DNA from: Capnocytophaga sp.
GTDB lineage: Bacteria > Bacteroidota > Bacteroidia > Flavobacteriales > Flavobacteriaceae
Length of the DNA stretch: 64,000 bases
Direction of reading: 5' to 3'
Assembly (NCBI GenBank): GCA_030530525.1
Contig: JAUMUT010000001.1
Location: 114,896 to 178,895, forward strand
Shown here piece by piece: positions 49,152-58,062 of the stretch. A program made the position numbers and the translations under genes. The notes beneath the pieces were generated by a model, which worked only from the letters and a program-made list of their open reading frames with translations, was not told the origin of the DNA and did no database searches. Position 1 is the stretch's first letter. Every line of letters begins with the position of its first letter.

Positions 49152-49946
49152 TTATTTTTGACTTTTATTTTTCTCTTGTTTGAGTTTTTCTCGTTCGGCT
49201 TGCTTTGCTTTGTTAGCCTCTTCTCTTTCTTTTTGTCGTTTTAGTCGTTCTTCGGCTTGTTGTCGTTTGAGTTTTTCTCGTTCGGCTTGTCGTTTAGCAA
49301 GGTCGTCAGCTTTTTGTTTTTCGTATGCTTCTTTTCGTTTTGTTTTTTCGTCTTTTAGCTCATAGTTATAATTATTTTCTTTGAGCAATTGACTGATTTC
49401 TTTATTTCTGTCCTCCGCATTATCTTTTCTTTTTAACAACCGAAGTACCAATTTGGTAATATCATATTTTTCTTCTGCAAAAACTGCGCTGGCATCTTCT
49501 TTGGTAAAAATATAATCATATCTTTTTGTTTTTCCTATTTCTTGAACGATGTTAAATATTTGGTCTTGAATAGGTTGTGCCAACTTCCAGCGTTGTTCTA
49601 TATAATCGCCTTTTTCGGTACCGAATCTTTTTTGTTGATATGCTTCTAAGTTGCGCTCCAAGAGGTCAATTTCTTCTTCTCGGTCTTTAAGCATTTCGGC
49701 AGTTAGCAAAGGTTTTTCGGCTTCTAATTTATCTTTGCGAGCTTGTATTTCGGCTTGTTTTGTATCAATTTCTCTTTGCCATTGGGCTACTTTTTCATTG
49801 AGTTGTTCGCTGGCTACCTTGTATTCGTCAAGCTGAGAGAGGATATAATCCATATCCAAATAGGCAATTCGCGTGCTTTTCTGAGCAAAAGTACAAAAAT
49901 TCACCAAAAATACCAAAAGCGCAAAATGTATCTTTTTTGGTTTCAT
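49152..49946 (-). CDS. OmpH/Skp family chaperone with K/E/R-rich repetitive C-terminal tail
   Basis: Signal peptide. Skp-like coiled coil. The C-terminal ~70 aa are low-complexity charged repeats (KRQAEREKLKRQQAEERLKRQKEREEANKAKQAEREKLKQEKNKSQK). 264 aa. Confidence 0.82.
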   Translation of the reverse strand: MKPKKIHFALLVFLVNFCTFAQKSTRIAYLDMDYILSQLDEYKVASEQLNEKVAQWQREIDTKQAEIQARKDKLEAEKPLLTAEMLKDREEEIDLLERNLEAYQQKRFGTEKGDYIEQRWKLAQPIQDQIFNIVQEIGKTKRYDYIFTKEDASAVFAEEKYDITKLVLRLLKRKDNAEDRNKEISQLLKENNYNYELKDEKTKRKEAYEKQKADDLAKRQAEREKLKRQQAEERLKRQKEREEANKAKQAEREKLKQEKNKSQK

Positions 49947-50611
49947 AATTTCAGTATAGAAAATATCGTGCCAAAGTTATAACTTTTTTCGCAAACAGAA
50001 AAATTATTTTTGTTTTATTTATAAAAAAACTATTTTTACGCTTATAAAAAGGCATCAGCAAAAGGAAAAATTTAGTAAAAAAAGAAATAAAAAAGCATTA
50101 TTCACAGCCAAAATACGATATGAACAATATTGTTTATTATTTTTTTAATAATGCTCATTATCAAAACATTAGTTTTTGGATAAATAGTGGATATTTTTTC
50201 TGTAAAAAGTAAATAAAAAATTTGATTTTTTCCAATTCTTGTATATAGGAGAAGTGTTTTGGATAAAACAAATTTATTTTTAATATAGTTATCAACAAGT
50301 AAAATGGAGTTTTTTAATATAAAAAGAAATGATTTTTGAAAAGAAAAAGGTAATTAACGGAAAGAAATTTCTTTTGTTAATAAGTGATTTTATTTTCTGT
50401 TTTTCAAACATTTAAATAGCGTATTTTGTGTTAATAACTATGGAAAAAGTAGGGTTTTCCATACTTACAAGAGTTTTTTTAAGTTTTTTTTACCTAAACT
50501 AACAACGTATTATCATCATCATTTTTTATTTTTTTAAATAAATATTTTATTTTATGAATAATAAATGGTGGATAAAGTTTTTGAAAATTTAATTTTTTAG
50601 AAAAAAAATAG

Positions 50612-50619
50612 TACTTTTG
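50612..50619 (+). promoter_or_regulatory. Bacteroidetes -7 box TACTTTTG (extended TACTTTTGCACAA) upstream of rnr
   Basis: 43 nt upstream of the rnr ATG. Followed by a short palindrome TTTAGCgttgtGCTAAA at 50627-50643 in the 5' leader. Confidence 0.45.
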
Positions 50620-50661
50620 CACAAATCGTTTAGCGTTGTGCTAAAAAATATTAGATAACTT

Positions 50662-52860
50662 ATGGCAAGAAAAAAAATAAAACAGAAAAAGAAAAAAAAT
50701 AAAGATTACAGCAAGGATATATTAACTATTTTGCAAAAAAATAGTGGAAAAAGTTTTTCTTGGAAGCAAATAGCAGAAAAATTAAAAGCAACTTCTACAG
50801 AAATGCGGAACGACCTTATCCACTCTTTGGCTAAGTTAGTAAAGCAATCTCATATCAATGAAATAGACAAAGGGCAATACCAAGCCTTAGAAGCTACTTA
50901 CTACCACCAAGGAATAGTGGATATGGCTTCTAATGGGAATGCTTATGTAATATGTGAGGATTTGGAACAGGATGTTTTTGTGCCTAATAACTTGCTGAAT
51001 AAAGCCCTCCACGGCGATGTAGTGGAAGTGTATGTATTTCCTCGCCGTAGGGAAAAGTTAGAAGGGGAAATTACCCAAGTGATAGAACGTAAGCGTACAA
51101 CCTTTGTAGGAGTGGTACAAATGCAGAAAAATTTCGCTTTTGTAGTGCCTACCGACCGTAGGATGTATACGGATATTTTCGTTCCAAAAAATGACTGTAA
51201 TGGAGCGCAGGACGGCGATAAAGTATTAGTACGCATCACGCAATGGACTTCTAGTGCTAACTCACCTTATGGAGTAGTGGAAAAAATTCTTGGTAAGCCT
51301 GGCAAACATCATACAGAAATACACGCTATTCTTGCAGAATATGGCTTACCTAACGAATTTCCTAAGGAAGTGGAGGCATATGCACAAGAATTGGATACAA
51401 CTATTAAGGAAGAAGAAATAGTACGGCGCAGAGATATGCGTGAGGTACTTACTTTTACTATTGACCCTCGCGATGCTAAGGATTTTGATGATGCACTGTC
51501 CTTCCAAGTGCTTGAAAATGGTAATTTTGAAATAGGGGTGCATATAGCCGATGTCTCCCACTATGTACAGCCGAATACTATTTTGGACGATGAGGCTTAT
51601 CAGCGAGCAACTTCCGTATACTTAGTGGATAGGGTAGTGCCTATGCTTCCTGAAGTACTTTCTAACTTTGCCTGCTCCTTGCGTCCTGAGGAGGAGAAAT
51701 ATACTTTTTCAGCTATTTTTGAACTCTCCCCGAAGGCGGAAATTCGTAATACTTGGCTGGGTCGTACGGTAATTCGCTCCGATGTGCGCTTTGCCTATGA
51801 GGAAGCACAGGCAGTAATTGAGGCTTTTGATACGCCTTATGGAGAGATATTGACAGATTTTACAATGCCTGAGGAGATTTCTATTCGCCCAGAAGGAAGC
51901 TATACTGTTTCTAAAGAAATAGTAGAAGCTATTCTTTCACTGAATGCCTTGGCGGAAATTCTTCGTGCCAAACGTATGAAGTCAGGAGCTATTTCCTTTG
52001 ATAAGTTGGAAGTGAAATTCCTTTTAGATGAAAATAACAATCCACTTGGCGTTTATACAAAGGAAAGTAAAGAAGCGAATAAGCTTATAGAGGAATTTAT
52101 GCTCTTAGCTAACCGAAAAGTAGCTGAATATGTTTCTAAATTAAAAAAGACTTTTGTATATCGCATTCACGATCAGCCTGATGAAGAGAAGCTCTTACAG
52201 ATGCAGGGGGTTATTTCTCGCTTTGGCTATAAGCTCAATCTTAAAGATAAAAATTCTATTGCCCACTCTATCAATAACTTATTAGAAGCAGTACACGGAA
52301 AGAAAGAACAGAACTTAGTGGATACTTTGGCTATCCGTAGTATGAGTAAGGCTGCTTATTCTACCCATAATATAGGACATTACGGTTTGGCTTTTGATGA
52401 TTATACGCACTTTACCTCCCCTATTCGTCGTTATCCTGATGTGATGGTACATCGCCTGTTGCAGTGGTATTTGGATAAGGGAGCTTCTGCTAATGAAGCC
52501 GAGTATGAAGAAAAATGTAAGCACTCCTCCCAAATGGAAAATTTGGCGACTTCTGCCGAGCGTGATTCTATTAAGTATATGCAAATCAAGTATATGGAAG
52601 AGCATAAGAATCAGGAATTTTTAGGAGTGATTTCAGGAGTTACCGAATTTGGAATTTATGTAGAAATTATTGAAAATAAATGTGAAGGGATGATTCGCGC
52701 TCGTGATATAAAGGACGATTATTATATATTTGATGAAAAAGCATATGCCCTTATAGGCGAAGTGAACAAGCAACGCTATACCTTAGGTGATGAGGTAAGA
52801 ATACGTGTAAAGAATACGGATTTGGCTAAGAGGCATTTAGACTTTGAATTGGTAAAATAA
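50662..52860 (+). CDS. rnr: ribonuclease R
   Basis: 732 aa. K-rich N-terminus. Cold-shock/OB domains. RNB catalytic domain (FTIDPRDAKDFDDAL, HYGLAFDDYTHFTSPIRRYPD). C-terminal S1 domain. Confidence 0.95.
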   Translation: MARKKIKQKKKKNKDYSKDILTILQKNSGKSFSWKQIAEKLKATSTEMRNDLIHSLAKLVKQSHINEIDKGQYQALEATYYHQGIVDMASNGNAYVICEDLEQDVFVPNNLLNKALHGDVVEVYVFPRRREKLEGEITQVIERKRTTFVGVVQMQKNFAFVVPTDRRMYTDIFVPKNDCNGAQDGDKVLVRITQWTSSANSPYGVVEKILGKPGKHHTEIHAILAEYGLPNEFPKEVEAYAQELDTTIKEEEIVRRRDMREVLTFTIDPRDAKDFDDALSFQVLENGNFEIGVHIADVSHYVQPNTILDDEAYQRATSVYLVDRVVPMLPEVLSNFACSLRPEEEKYTFSAIFELSPKAEIRNTWLGRTVIRSDVRFAYEEAQAVIEAFDTPYGEILTDFTMPEEISIRPEGSYTVSKEIVEAILSLNALAEILRAKRMKSGAISFDKLEVKFLLDENNNPLGVYTKESKEANKLIEEFMLLANRKVAEYVSKLKKTFVYRIHDQPDEEKLLQMQGVISRFGYKLNLKDKNSIAHSINNLLEAVHGKKEQNLVDTLAIRSMSKAAYSTHNIGHYGLAFDDYTHFTSPIRRYPDVMVHRLLQWYLDKGASANEAEYEEKCKHSSQMENLATSAERDSIKYMQIKYMEEHKNQEFLGVISGVTEFGIYVEIIENKCEGMIRARDIKDDYYIFDEKAYALIGEVNKQRYTLGDEVRIRVKNTDLAKRHLDFELVK

Positions 52861-52933
52861 CCTTTTCATTTTTCGTACAAATTTATTATTTACCATATAA
52901 AAAATTGCTATTTTTGTAGCTTAATTATTACGA

Positions 52934-53590
52934 ATGATACAAGATATTATTAGTGCCATTCCTTTTGGAATATTTTTGGCATTTACCATTGGGCCTGTAT
53001 TTTTTATTTTATTAGAAACGAGTATAACAAGAGGCTTCCGAGCGGCACTTTTTTTTGATTTTGGTGCTTTACTTGGCGATGCTTTTTTTATAATTTTAGC
53101 TTATTGGAGTACGAGTAAGCTCTCTGATTATATAAAAAATAATCCCAATTTATTCATTTATGGAGGAATTATTATCATACTTTATGGGCTTTTTTCTTAT
53201 TTTTCCCAACGAAAGAATAAAAAAAACATAACCACCAACAGAATAATAGAAATCAAAGAAAAGAATTATTTTTCTCTTTTCTATAAAGGATTTTTATTAA
53301 ATATCATCAATGTTGGGGTTTTCGCCTATTGGCTTGCTGTTATTATGAGTTTTTCTAAACAAGGCAATATTACTTCTACTCGTGTAATTACTTTTTTATC
53401 AGCTATTTTACTAACTTATTTATTAGTAGATATTATAAAAATATTGATAGCCAAGCGATTAAGAAATAAACTTACTCCTATGAATATTCATAAAATAAAG
53501 CAAGGCATCAATATTTTCTTAGTAATATTTGGTTTATTTCTTATTTTTCAAGGTATTTTTCCTACTAATTTCAATGCAGTTATAGAATAA
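52934..53590 (+). CDS. LysE/RhtB family amino-acid efflux translocator
   Basis: 218 aa. Six TM helices. N-terminal motif AIPFGIFLAFTIGPVFFILLETSITRG (LysE-type). A basic cytoplasmic loop is present. Confidence 0.8.
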   Translation: MIQDIISAIPFGIFLAFTIGPVFFILLETSITRGFRAALFFDFGALLGDAFFIILAYWSTSKLSDYIKNNPNLFIYGGIIIILYGLFSYFSQRKNKKNITTNRIIEIKEKNYFSLFYKGFLLNIINVGVFAYWLAVIMSFSKQGNITSTRVITFLSAILLTYLLVDIIKILIAKRLRNKLTPMNIHKIKQGINIFLVIFGLFLIFQGIFPTNFNAVIE

Positions 53591-53593
53591 AAT

Positions 53594-53607
53594 GTTCCAC
53601 GTGGAAC
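53594..53607. repeat. palindromic repeat GTTCCACGTGGAAC, copy 1 of 4
   Basis: Perfect 14-bp palindrome, 4 nt after the lysE-family stop. Flank aatGTTCCACGTGGAACgtttt is shared with the other copies. Confidence 0.8.
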
Positions 53608-53696
53608 GTTTTCTGTTTTACATTAAGTTATTAACAATAAATAAGATTTATAAACTTTATTTTTTATGTAAATAATTTAAAATGAATGTATTACCA

Positions 53697-53734
53697 TACA
53701 AAAAAAGTGATTATCTAAGTAGATAATCACTTTT
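53697..53734 (-). terminator. rho-independent terminator after the OmpH-like lipoprotein gene
   Basis: Perfect 11-bp stem AGTGATTATCT/AGATAATCACT with loop AAGT, followed on the minus strand by T7. Confidence 0.7.
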
Positions 53735-53737
53735 AAT

Positions 53738-54238
53738 TTATTTCTTTTCGTTTAATTCTTTTATTAATTCTTGGGTAATATCTTTATCTTCTTTCCCATA
53801 ATGTACGCTTCCTCCATCATTTGCTCCAAGAATAAAATCATAATTATGTTTTTTACCATATTCTTTTACAAAAGTTTTCACTTTTTTAAGCAAAGTATCC
53901 ATTTTTGTACGACTTTCTTCCTGAATAGCCTGCTGTTCTTCCATTAAATGCTGTTGAAGAATTTGACTTTCTTGCATTAATTCATTTTGTTTTTCTTGTA
54001 TTGCAGCTTGTGATAAATTTTTTGCTTGTGATTCAAAATTTTGTACTTTTAATTGAAAAGCTCTGGAAATACTATCTCGCTTGCGGTCATATTTATCTAT
54101 TTTTCCTTGCAGTAACGATTCTAAGTCTTTCTTTTCCTGATACTCATCTAACAACTTGCTATTATCTACATAGCCTATTTTGTGTTGGCAAGCAGTAAGA
54201 GACGCAATTAATAATCCTCCGAAAATTATTTTATTCAT
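53738..54238 (-). CDS. OmpH/Skp-like periplasmic lipoprotein
   Basis: Lipoprotein signal (LIASLTAC). Q/E-rich coiled coil resembling Skp. 166 aa. First gene of the repeat-punctuated array. Confidence 0.7.
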   Translation of the reverse strand: MNKIIFGGLLIASLTACQHKIGYVDNSKLLDEYQEKKDLESLLQGKIDKYDRKRDSISRAFQLKVQNFESQAKNLSQAAIQEKQNELMQESQILQQHLMEEQQAIQEESRTKMDTLLKKVKTFVKEYGKKHNYDFILGANDGGSVHYGKEDKDITQELIKELNEKK

Positions 54239-54313
54239 AACACTAAATTTAAATTTTTTACAAAGTTACGAATTTTTTTCTTATAATATTTCTATTTTAA
54301 CAAATTAATATTA

Positions 54314-54432
54314 TTTTTGAAAATAGATAAAAAATCAGCTTTCAGAAATCTATTAAATTTTTATTTTCTTTTAATTTTGATATAATATTACATTTATTAT
54401 CAAAATAATTAAAAAAACAACATTTAAAATCG
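54314..54432. repeat. conserved ~110-bp AT-rich intergenic module, copy U1 (no adjacent palindrome)
   Basis: tttttgaaaatagataaaaaatcaGCtttcagaaa...ttttcttttaattttgatataatattacatttattatcaaaataattaaaaaaacaacatttaaaa. About 75-80% identical to U2 and U3. Confidence 0.7.
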
Positions 54433-54492
54433 TTTTTCTATTTTTTTTAAAGCTAAAAAATATTACATTTAGTAAAATTTCTGTGAGAAATA

Positions 54493-55308
54493 TTATTTTT
54501 CCTTTTTCAGAATATAAATCAAAGAAGAATATTCTCCTGTTCGTAAAGCTGACCAATTGGAAAGAAATCCGTTGAAAATTCCTTTAATAAAATTAATTTT
54601 TCCTGTTTTATATTTTTCAGAAAGAAGACTTACATAAAAGGCATCTAACCACATAGGTTTTATTTTTATAAGCTGAAATCCTTTTTCTTTAAAAAGTAAA
54701 TGAATACTTGTTTTAGAAAAATGCCAAAGATGTCGTGGTACATCATAAGCTGCCCAATATTTTCCGTATATTTTAGCATCTTTACTTTTAAAATTGGGTA
54801 CGGCAATAACTACAATTCCGTTTTCAGAAAGATGATTATCCAGAAACTGAATTTGTTTTTCCGTATCAGGGATATGCTCTAAAACGTGCCACATCGTGAT
54901 AGCGTCATATTTTTCGTTTATATGATTTTGATTTTCTTCTAAAAAAATACCCTTCTCCTCTGCTCTACTACGTGCTTTTGCTTCAGGTTCTACTCCTGCT
55001 ATTTGCCATTTTTTTTCTTTTGCTACCCGAAGAAAATCTCCTGTTCCTGCTCCAATATCCAATATTTTTCCTTTTTGTGGAATATATTTTTCTATTAAAG
55101 AAATTTTCTGTTGTAACATATATTTTTTTGCAACCTGATATATTTTTTCAAAAAAACTCTTTTTAGAATCGGTATGCGAAATATAATTATTACTTTGGTA
55201 ATAAAAGCTCAAATTTTCTGGTACAGGTTCGGTTTGATACAAATCATATTTTTCATTATATTTTAAATAAAAAATTTCTTTGCTAACACTATAATCTTCT
55301 ATTTGCAT
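54493..55308 (-). CDS. class I SAM-dependent methyltransferase
   Basis: Motif I ILDIGAGTGDF, acidic motif II (IAGVEPE) and motif III (YDAITMWHVLEHIPD). 271 aa. There is no DNA-methyltransferase (D/N)PP(Y/F) motif. Confidence 0.85.
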   Translation of the reverse strand: MQIEDYSVSKEIFYLKYNEKYDLYQTEPVPENLSFYYQSNNYISHTDSKKSFFEKIYQVAKKYMLQQKISLIEKYIPQKGKILDIGAGTGDFLRVAKEKKWQIAGVEPEAKARSRAEEKGIFLEENQNHINEKYDAITMWHVLEHIPDTEKQIQFLDNHLSENGIVVIAVPNFKSKDAKIYGKYWAAYDVPRHLWHFSKTSIHLLFKEKGFQLIKIKPMWLDAFYVSLLSEKYKTGKINFIKGIFNGFLSNWSALRTGEYSSLIYILKKEK

Positions 55309-55317
55309 AATTTATTT

Positions 55318-55470
55318 GTTCCACGTGGAACATATTTTTTAATAAAAATCATATTTTTTTAGAAAATAGTAAAAAATCAACCCTTAGAAAATGGTTAAAT
55401 TTCTATTTTCTTTTTATTTTGATATAATATTATATTTAATAATAAAATAATTAAAAAAACACCTATTTAA
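55318..55470. repeat. modular intergenic repeat E2: palindrome GTTCCACGTGGAAC (55318-55331) plus conserved module U2 (55355-55470)
   Basis: The palindrome lies 9 nt upstream of the methyltransferase ATG (55308, minus strand). It is followed by tttttagaaaatagtaaaaaatcaaCCcttagaaaa...ttttctttttattttgatataatattatattt...aataattaaaaaaacacctatttaa. Confidence 0.75.
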
Positions 55471-55485
55471 TAAAGAATTTAAAAG

Positions 55486-55675
55486 TGAAAGCTACAAAAC
55501 AGCACGCAGTTGATGGCAAAACCCAAGCCGAAGACCTCTATATCCTCAAAGGTAAAAATAATGATAAAGTTATAATTATACAAGGTATAGCGTTCCTTTT
55601 ATTATAAAATATATGGATATAGAGCGAAATGTACCATAATGGTGGCTATCCATTAAAAAACTGTTTGTAGCTTTC
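55486..55675. repeat. 190-bp element bounded by 16-bp terminal inverted repeats (TGAAAGCTACAAAACAG ... CTGTTTGTAGCTTTC)
   Basis: Inverted repeats at 55486-55502 and 55661-55675 match at 15/16 positions. The interior is locally GC-richer (gcacgcagttgatggcaaaacccaagccgaagacctc) and has no ORF longer than 25 aa. It lies between module U2 and the stop of the coiled-coil gene. Confidence 0.5.
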
Positions 55676-55704
55676 TAAATTCATCTTTTACAAATAATTA
55701 TAGG

Positions 55705-56574
55705 TCAATTATTTTGTGTAGATGAAACCTTTAATAAATTTTCAATTTCGGATTTGTAACTATTTGGTATTACAATTCGGTAGTTTGCTATTTCTTCTTT
55801 TATTTTGCTAAGATCCGAAGTTTTTTCTAATACCAATTCATTTATTTTATTTTGTCGTTCTTCGTACAATCTTTTTTGTTCTTTTTCGTATTCAACTCTT
55901 TTATTATTTTCAAATTCCCGAAACTTAGTTTTATAAAAATTCACTTGACTTTCAAACTCTCTGTGTTGTGCAAGTAGCTGTTCTTGAAGGTTTTGCAGTT
56001 CATTTAAATTATACAAAGGTGTATTTTTTATTTTAAAAACTTGCTCTCCTACTTGTTTAAAACTAATAAGTTCTTTTTTAGTAAGATTTTTCCGAATTTC
56101 ATCAAAGTTATGAATATATTTACCAATATGCGCTGCTTTTGCTTCACTTTCTTTGTATTTAATCACTTCTTCTAACGGAAGTGTTTTCAAATAATCATCT
56201 ATGGTTACGTTTTTGAAAGTTTCCAAATATTCATAATCCATAGGTTTCACCTCTTGTTCTACTTCATTAAAAACATTTTTCAGTTGATTATTAATTAACT
56301 CTATTCGTTTATCTTTTTCTTTTATAGCAGTACGCAAGTAGGCAGAAATAGCGTATAAAGTACCAATTTGTAGTAATTTTTCGTCTATATTCTCTACTTT
56401 TGTATTAATATCCAACGCTTCTCCGTCTATACTTGCGGTGTGTGTAGGAATATCCGTAACAAGGTCTTGAATAGGTTTTACACGTTCTTTAATTCGTTCG
56501 CATACATAATTTGCTTCTGAGGAAGTAAGCCCAGAAACATTTAAATAAGGATTTTTAGTTTTTAAATTTTCCAT
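55705..56574 (-). CDS. hypothetical coiled-coil protein (289 aa), no recognisable domain
   Basis: Long heptad-like K/E-rich segments (LQNLQEQLLAQHREFESQVNFYKTKFREFENNKRVEYEKEQKRLYEERQNKINELVLEK). No signal peptide or TM helix. Flanked on both sides by the modular repeat. Confidence 0.65.
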   Translation of the reverse strand: MENLKTKNPYLNVSGLTSSEANYVCERIKERVKPIQDLVTDIPTHTASIDGEALDINTKVENIDEKLLQIGTLYAISAYLRTAIKEKDKRIELINNQLKNVFNEVEQEVKPMDYEYLETFKNVTIDDYLKTLPLEEVIKYKESEAKAAHIGKYIHNFDEIRKNLTKKELISFKQVGEQVFKIKNTPLYNLNELQNLQEQLLAQHREFESQVNFYKTKFREFENNKRVEYEKEQKRLYEERQNKINELVLEKTSDLSKIKEEIANYRIVIPNSYKSEIENLLKVSSTQNN

Positions 56575-56592
56575 TTTCTATTTTTTACAAAT

Positions 56593-56745
56593 GTTCCACG
56601 TGGAACATTTTTTAGTTTTTATTATTTTATCAAAAAAACACAAAAAATCCACTTTCAGAAAGTATTTATTTTTGTATTTTCTTTTTATTTTAATATAGAA
56701 TTACATTTTATAAAGAAATAATTGAAATTTACCTATTTAAAATAA
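56593..56745. repeat. modular intergenic repeat E3: palindrome GTTCCACGTGGAAC (56593-56606) plus module U3 (56625-56745)
   Basis: The palindrome lies 19 nt upstream of the coiled-coil gene ATG (56574, minus strand). The module ...caaaaaatccaCtttcagaaagtatttatttttgtattttctttttattttaatatagaattacattt... matches U1 and U2. Confidence 0.75.
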
Positions 56746-56771
56746 TTTTCTTCTAAAAAAATAGAGATAAA

Positions 56772-57941
56772 TTAATATTTTTCATAAATATATTTTAAGA
56801 TTTCTTTATCTTCGTTGCTTAGTGTTTTATTTCTGCGAAGCATAACACGTTCGGCTAATTTATAGGCTTCTTCTAACAAAAAGCGTTCTTCTCCCATAAC
56901 GCCTCCCCAACTGAAATTATCTACATATTTTGGTAAGAAACCTTCTTTGAAAATATTTGCAAAAACGCCTACGGTAGTTCCTGTGTTTAATTGTGTATTT
57001 ATAGCTGTTTTGGAATGATCGCCCATTAATAATCCACAGAATTGTAGCCCACTATCTTCAAAATGTTTTCTTTTGTAGCTCCATAAGTTGATATTAGTAT
57101 AAGTATTTTTTAGGTTGGAAGAGTTAGTATCTGCACCAATATTACACCACTCTCCTACTACCGAATTACCTAAAAAACCATCGTGAGCTTTGTTGGTATA
57201 ACCAAAAACGATAAGATTATTCACTTCGCCACCTATTTTAGAATAAGGACCAATGGTAGTTGCTCCGTAAATTTTTGCTCCCATATTAAAAATAGAATGC
57301 TCGCCAAGAGCAATAGCTCCACGAAGGTTACAGCCTTCCATTACTTCTGCATCACGACCAATGTATATTTTTCCCTTAGAAGAGTTGAGTGTTGCATATT
57401 CTACTACTGCGCCTTCTTCCAAGAAAATATGTTCGGGATTGCCAAGTATTCCGTTGGTTTTTGAGATAGGTTGAGAAGTTTTTCCTTTGGTGAGTAGTTC
57501 AAAATCAAAGTCTATTGCTTGTGTATTTTTCAAAAATAATTCGGGTAATTTGTTAAAAAACAAAACTTCTTCGGTTATTTCGGTTCTTTTTTGTAATTTT
57601 TCCAAAGGAAATTCAGAATTTTCTACCCGAGCTACGATAATTTCATTTCTATATACTAACCCCTCACCTACTTTTAGATCTTTTATTTTTTTTAATAAAT
57701 CTTCGTTTGGGATAAAATTCGGAACGATAAATAATGCTTCTTCGCTGCTTTTTTTAGGATATTTATGCTGTAAATAATCTTCGGTGAGGAAAGAAACAGC
57801 TTCTGTATTCAATAATCGTTGCCATCTTTCTCTAAAAGTAAGTATTCCGCAACGTAATTCTGCTACGGGACGAGTAAAAGTAAGTGGTAAAAAAGCCTCC
57901 CAATGTTGGCTATCGGATAAAATTAATTGGAAATTTGCCAT
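56772..57941 (-). CDS. GlmU-like sugar nucleotidyltransferase / left-handed beta-helix acyltransferase-like protein (Bacteroidetes DUF4954-like)
   Basis: 389 aa. Nucleotidyltransferase-like N-half. The C-half has hexapeptide repeats (GATTIGPYSKIGGEVNNLIVFGYTNKAHDGFLGNSVVGEWCNIGADTNSSN). Confidence 0.65.
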   Translation of the reverse strand: MANFQLILSDSQHWEAFLPLTFTRPVAELRCGILTFRERWQRLLNTEAVSFLTEDYLQHKYPKKSSEEALFIVPNFIPNEDLLKKIKDLKVGEGLVYRNEIIVARVENSEFPLEKLQKRTEITEEVLFFNKLPELFLKNTQAIDFDFELLTKGKTSQPISKTNGILGNPEHIFLEEGAVVEYATLNSSKGKIYIGRDAEVMEGCNLRGAIALGEHSIFNMGAKIYGATTIGPYSKIGGEVNNLIVFGYTNKAHDGFLGNSVVGEWCNIGADTNSSNLKNTYTNINLWSYKRKHFEDSGLQFCGLLMGDHSKTAINTQLNTGTTVGVFANIFKEGFLPKYVDNFSWGGVMGEERFLLEEAYKLAERVMLRRNKTLSNEDKEILKYIYEKY

Positions 57942-58048
57942 TGTATAACATTTTAAAAATATGACAAATGTAATAAAAAATACCCAATCTTTTATCTTTT
58001 ACTTGTTAATTTTATTTTAAATAAATGTAATTAATTATTTTATTATAT

Positions 58049-58062
58049 GTTCCACGTGGAAC
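58049..58062. repeat. palindromic repeat GTTCCACGTGGAAC, copy 4, followed by a degenerate module (tgtattttctttttatt)
   Basis: Perfect palindrome 107 nt upstream of the nucleotidyltransferase ATG (57941, minus strand). The flank tatGTTCCACGTGGAACgttttt is shared with the other copies. Confidence 0.8.

Noticed and set aside
49180-49836. Plus-strand 61-aa ORFs rich in S/R/L/F inside the second ompH gene
   Set aside because: They are antisense to the low-complexity K/E/R-rich region of ompH and are a compositional artefact.
48598-49946. Expected bamA upstream of the ompH pair (typical bamA-ompH-ompH-murI synteny)
   Set aside because: There is no large OMP ORF beyond 49946. The region is a 715-bp non-coding spacer followed by divergent rnr, so bamA must be elsewhere.
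54493-55334. Restriction-modification hypothesis (methyltransferase next to a CACGTG-containing palindrome)
   Set aside because: The methyltransferase has class I small-molecule/RNA methyltransferase motifs and lacks the DPPY/NPPY catalytic motif of DNA N6/N4 methyltransferases. No restriction endonuclease gene is adjacent.
55540-55602. 20-codon ORF MAKPKPKTSISSKVKIMIKL inside the TIR-bounded element
   Set aside because: It is too short and low-complexity to call. The region is more plausibly non-coding.
53594-58062. Integron-like cassette array hypothesis for the palindrome-punctuated genes
   Set aside because: No intI integrase or attI is visible. The palindrome halves GTTCCAC/GTGGAAC do not fit the attC core GTTRRRY/RYYYAAC. 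The genes look like conserved Bacteroidetes housekeeping genes, not cassette cargo. It is kept only as a formal alternative in the main finding.
53594-58062. CRISPR array
   Set aside because: The repeats are 14-bp palindromes and ~110-bp modules separated by whole genes, not 28-37-bp direct repeats with 30-40-bp spacers. No cas genes are present.
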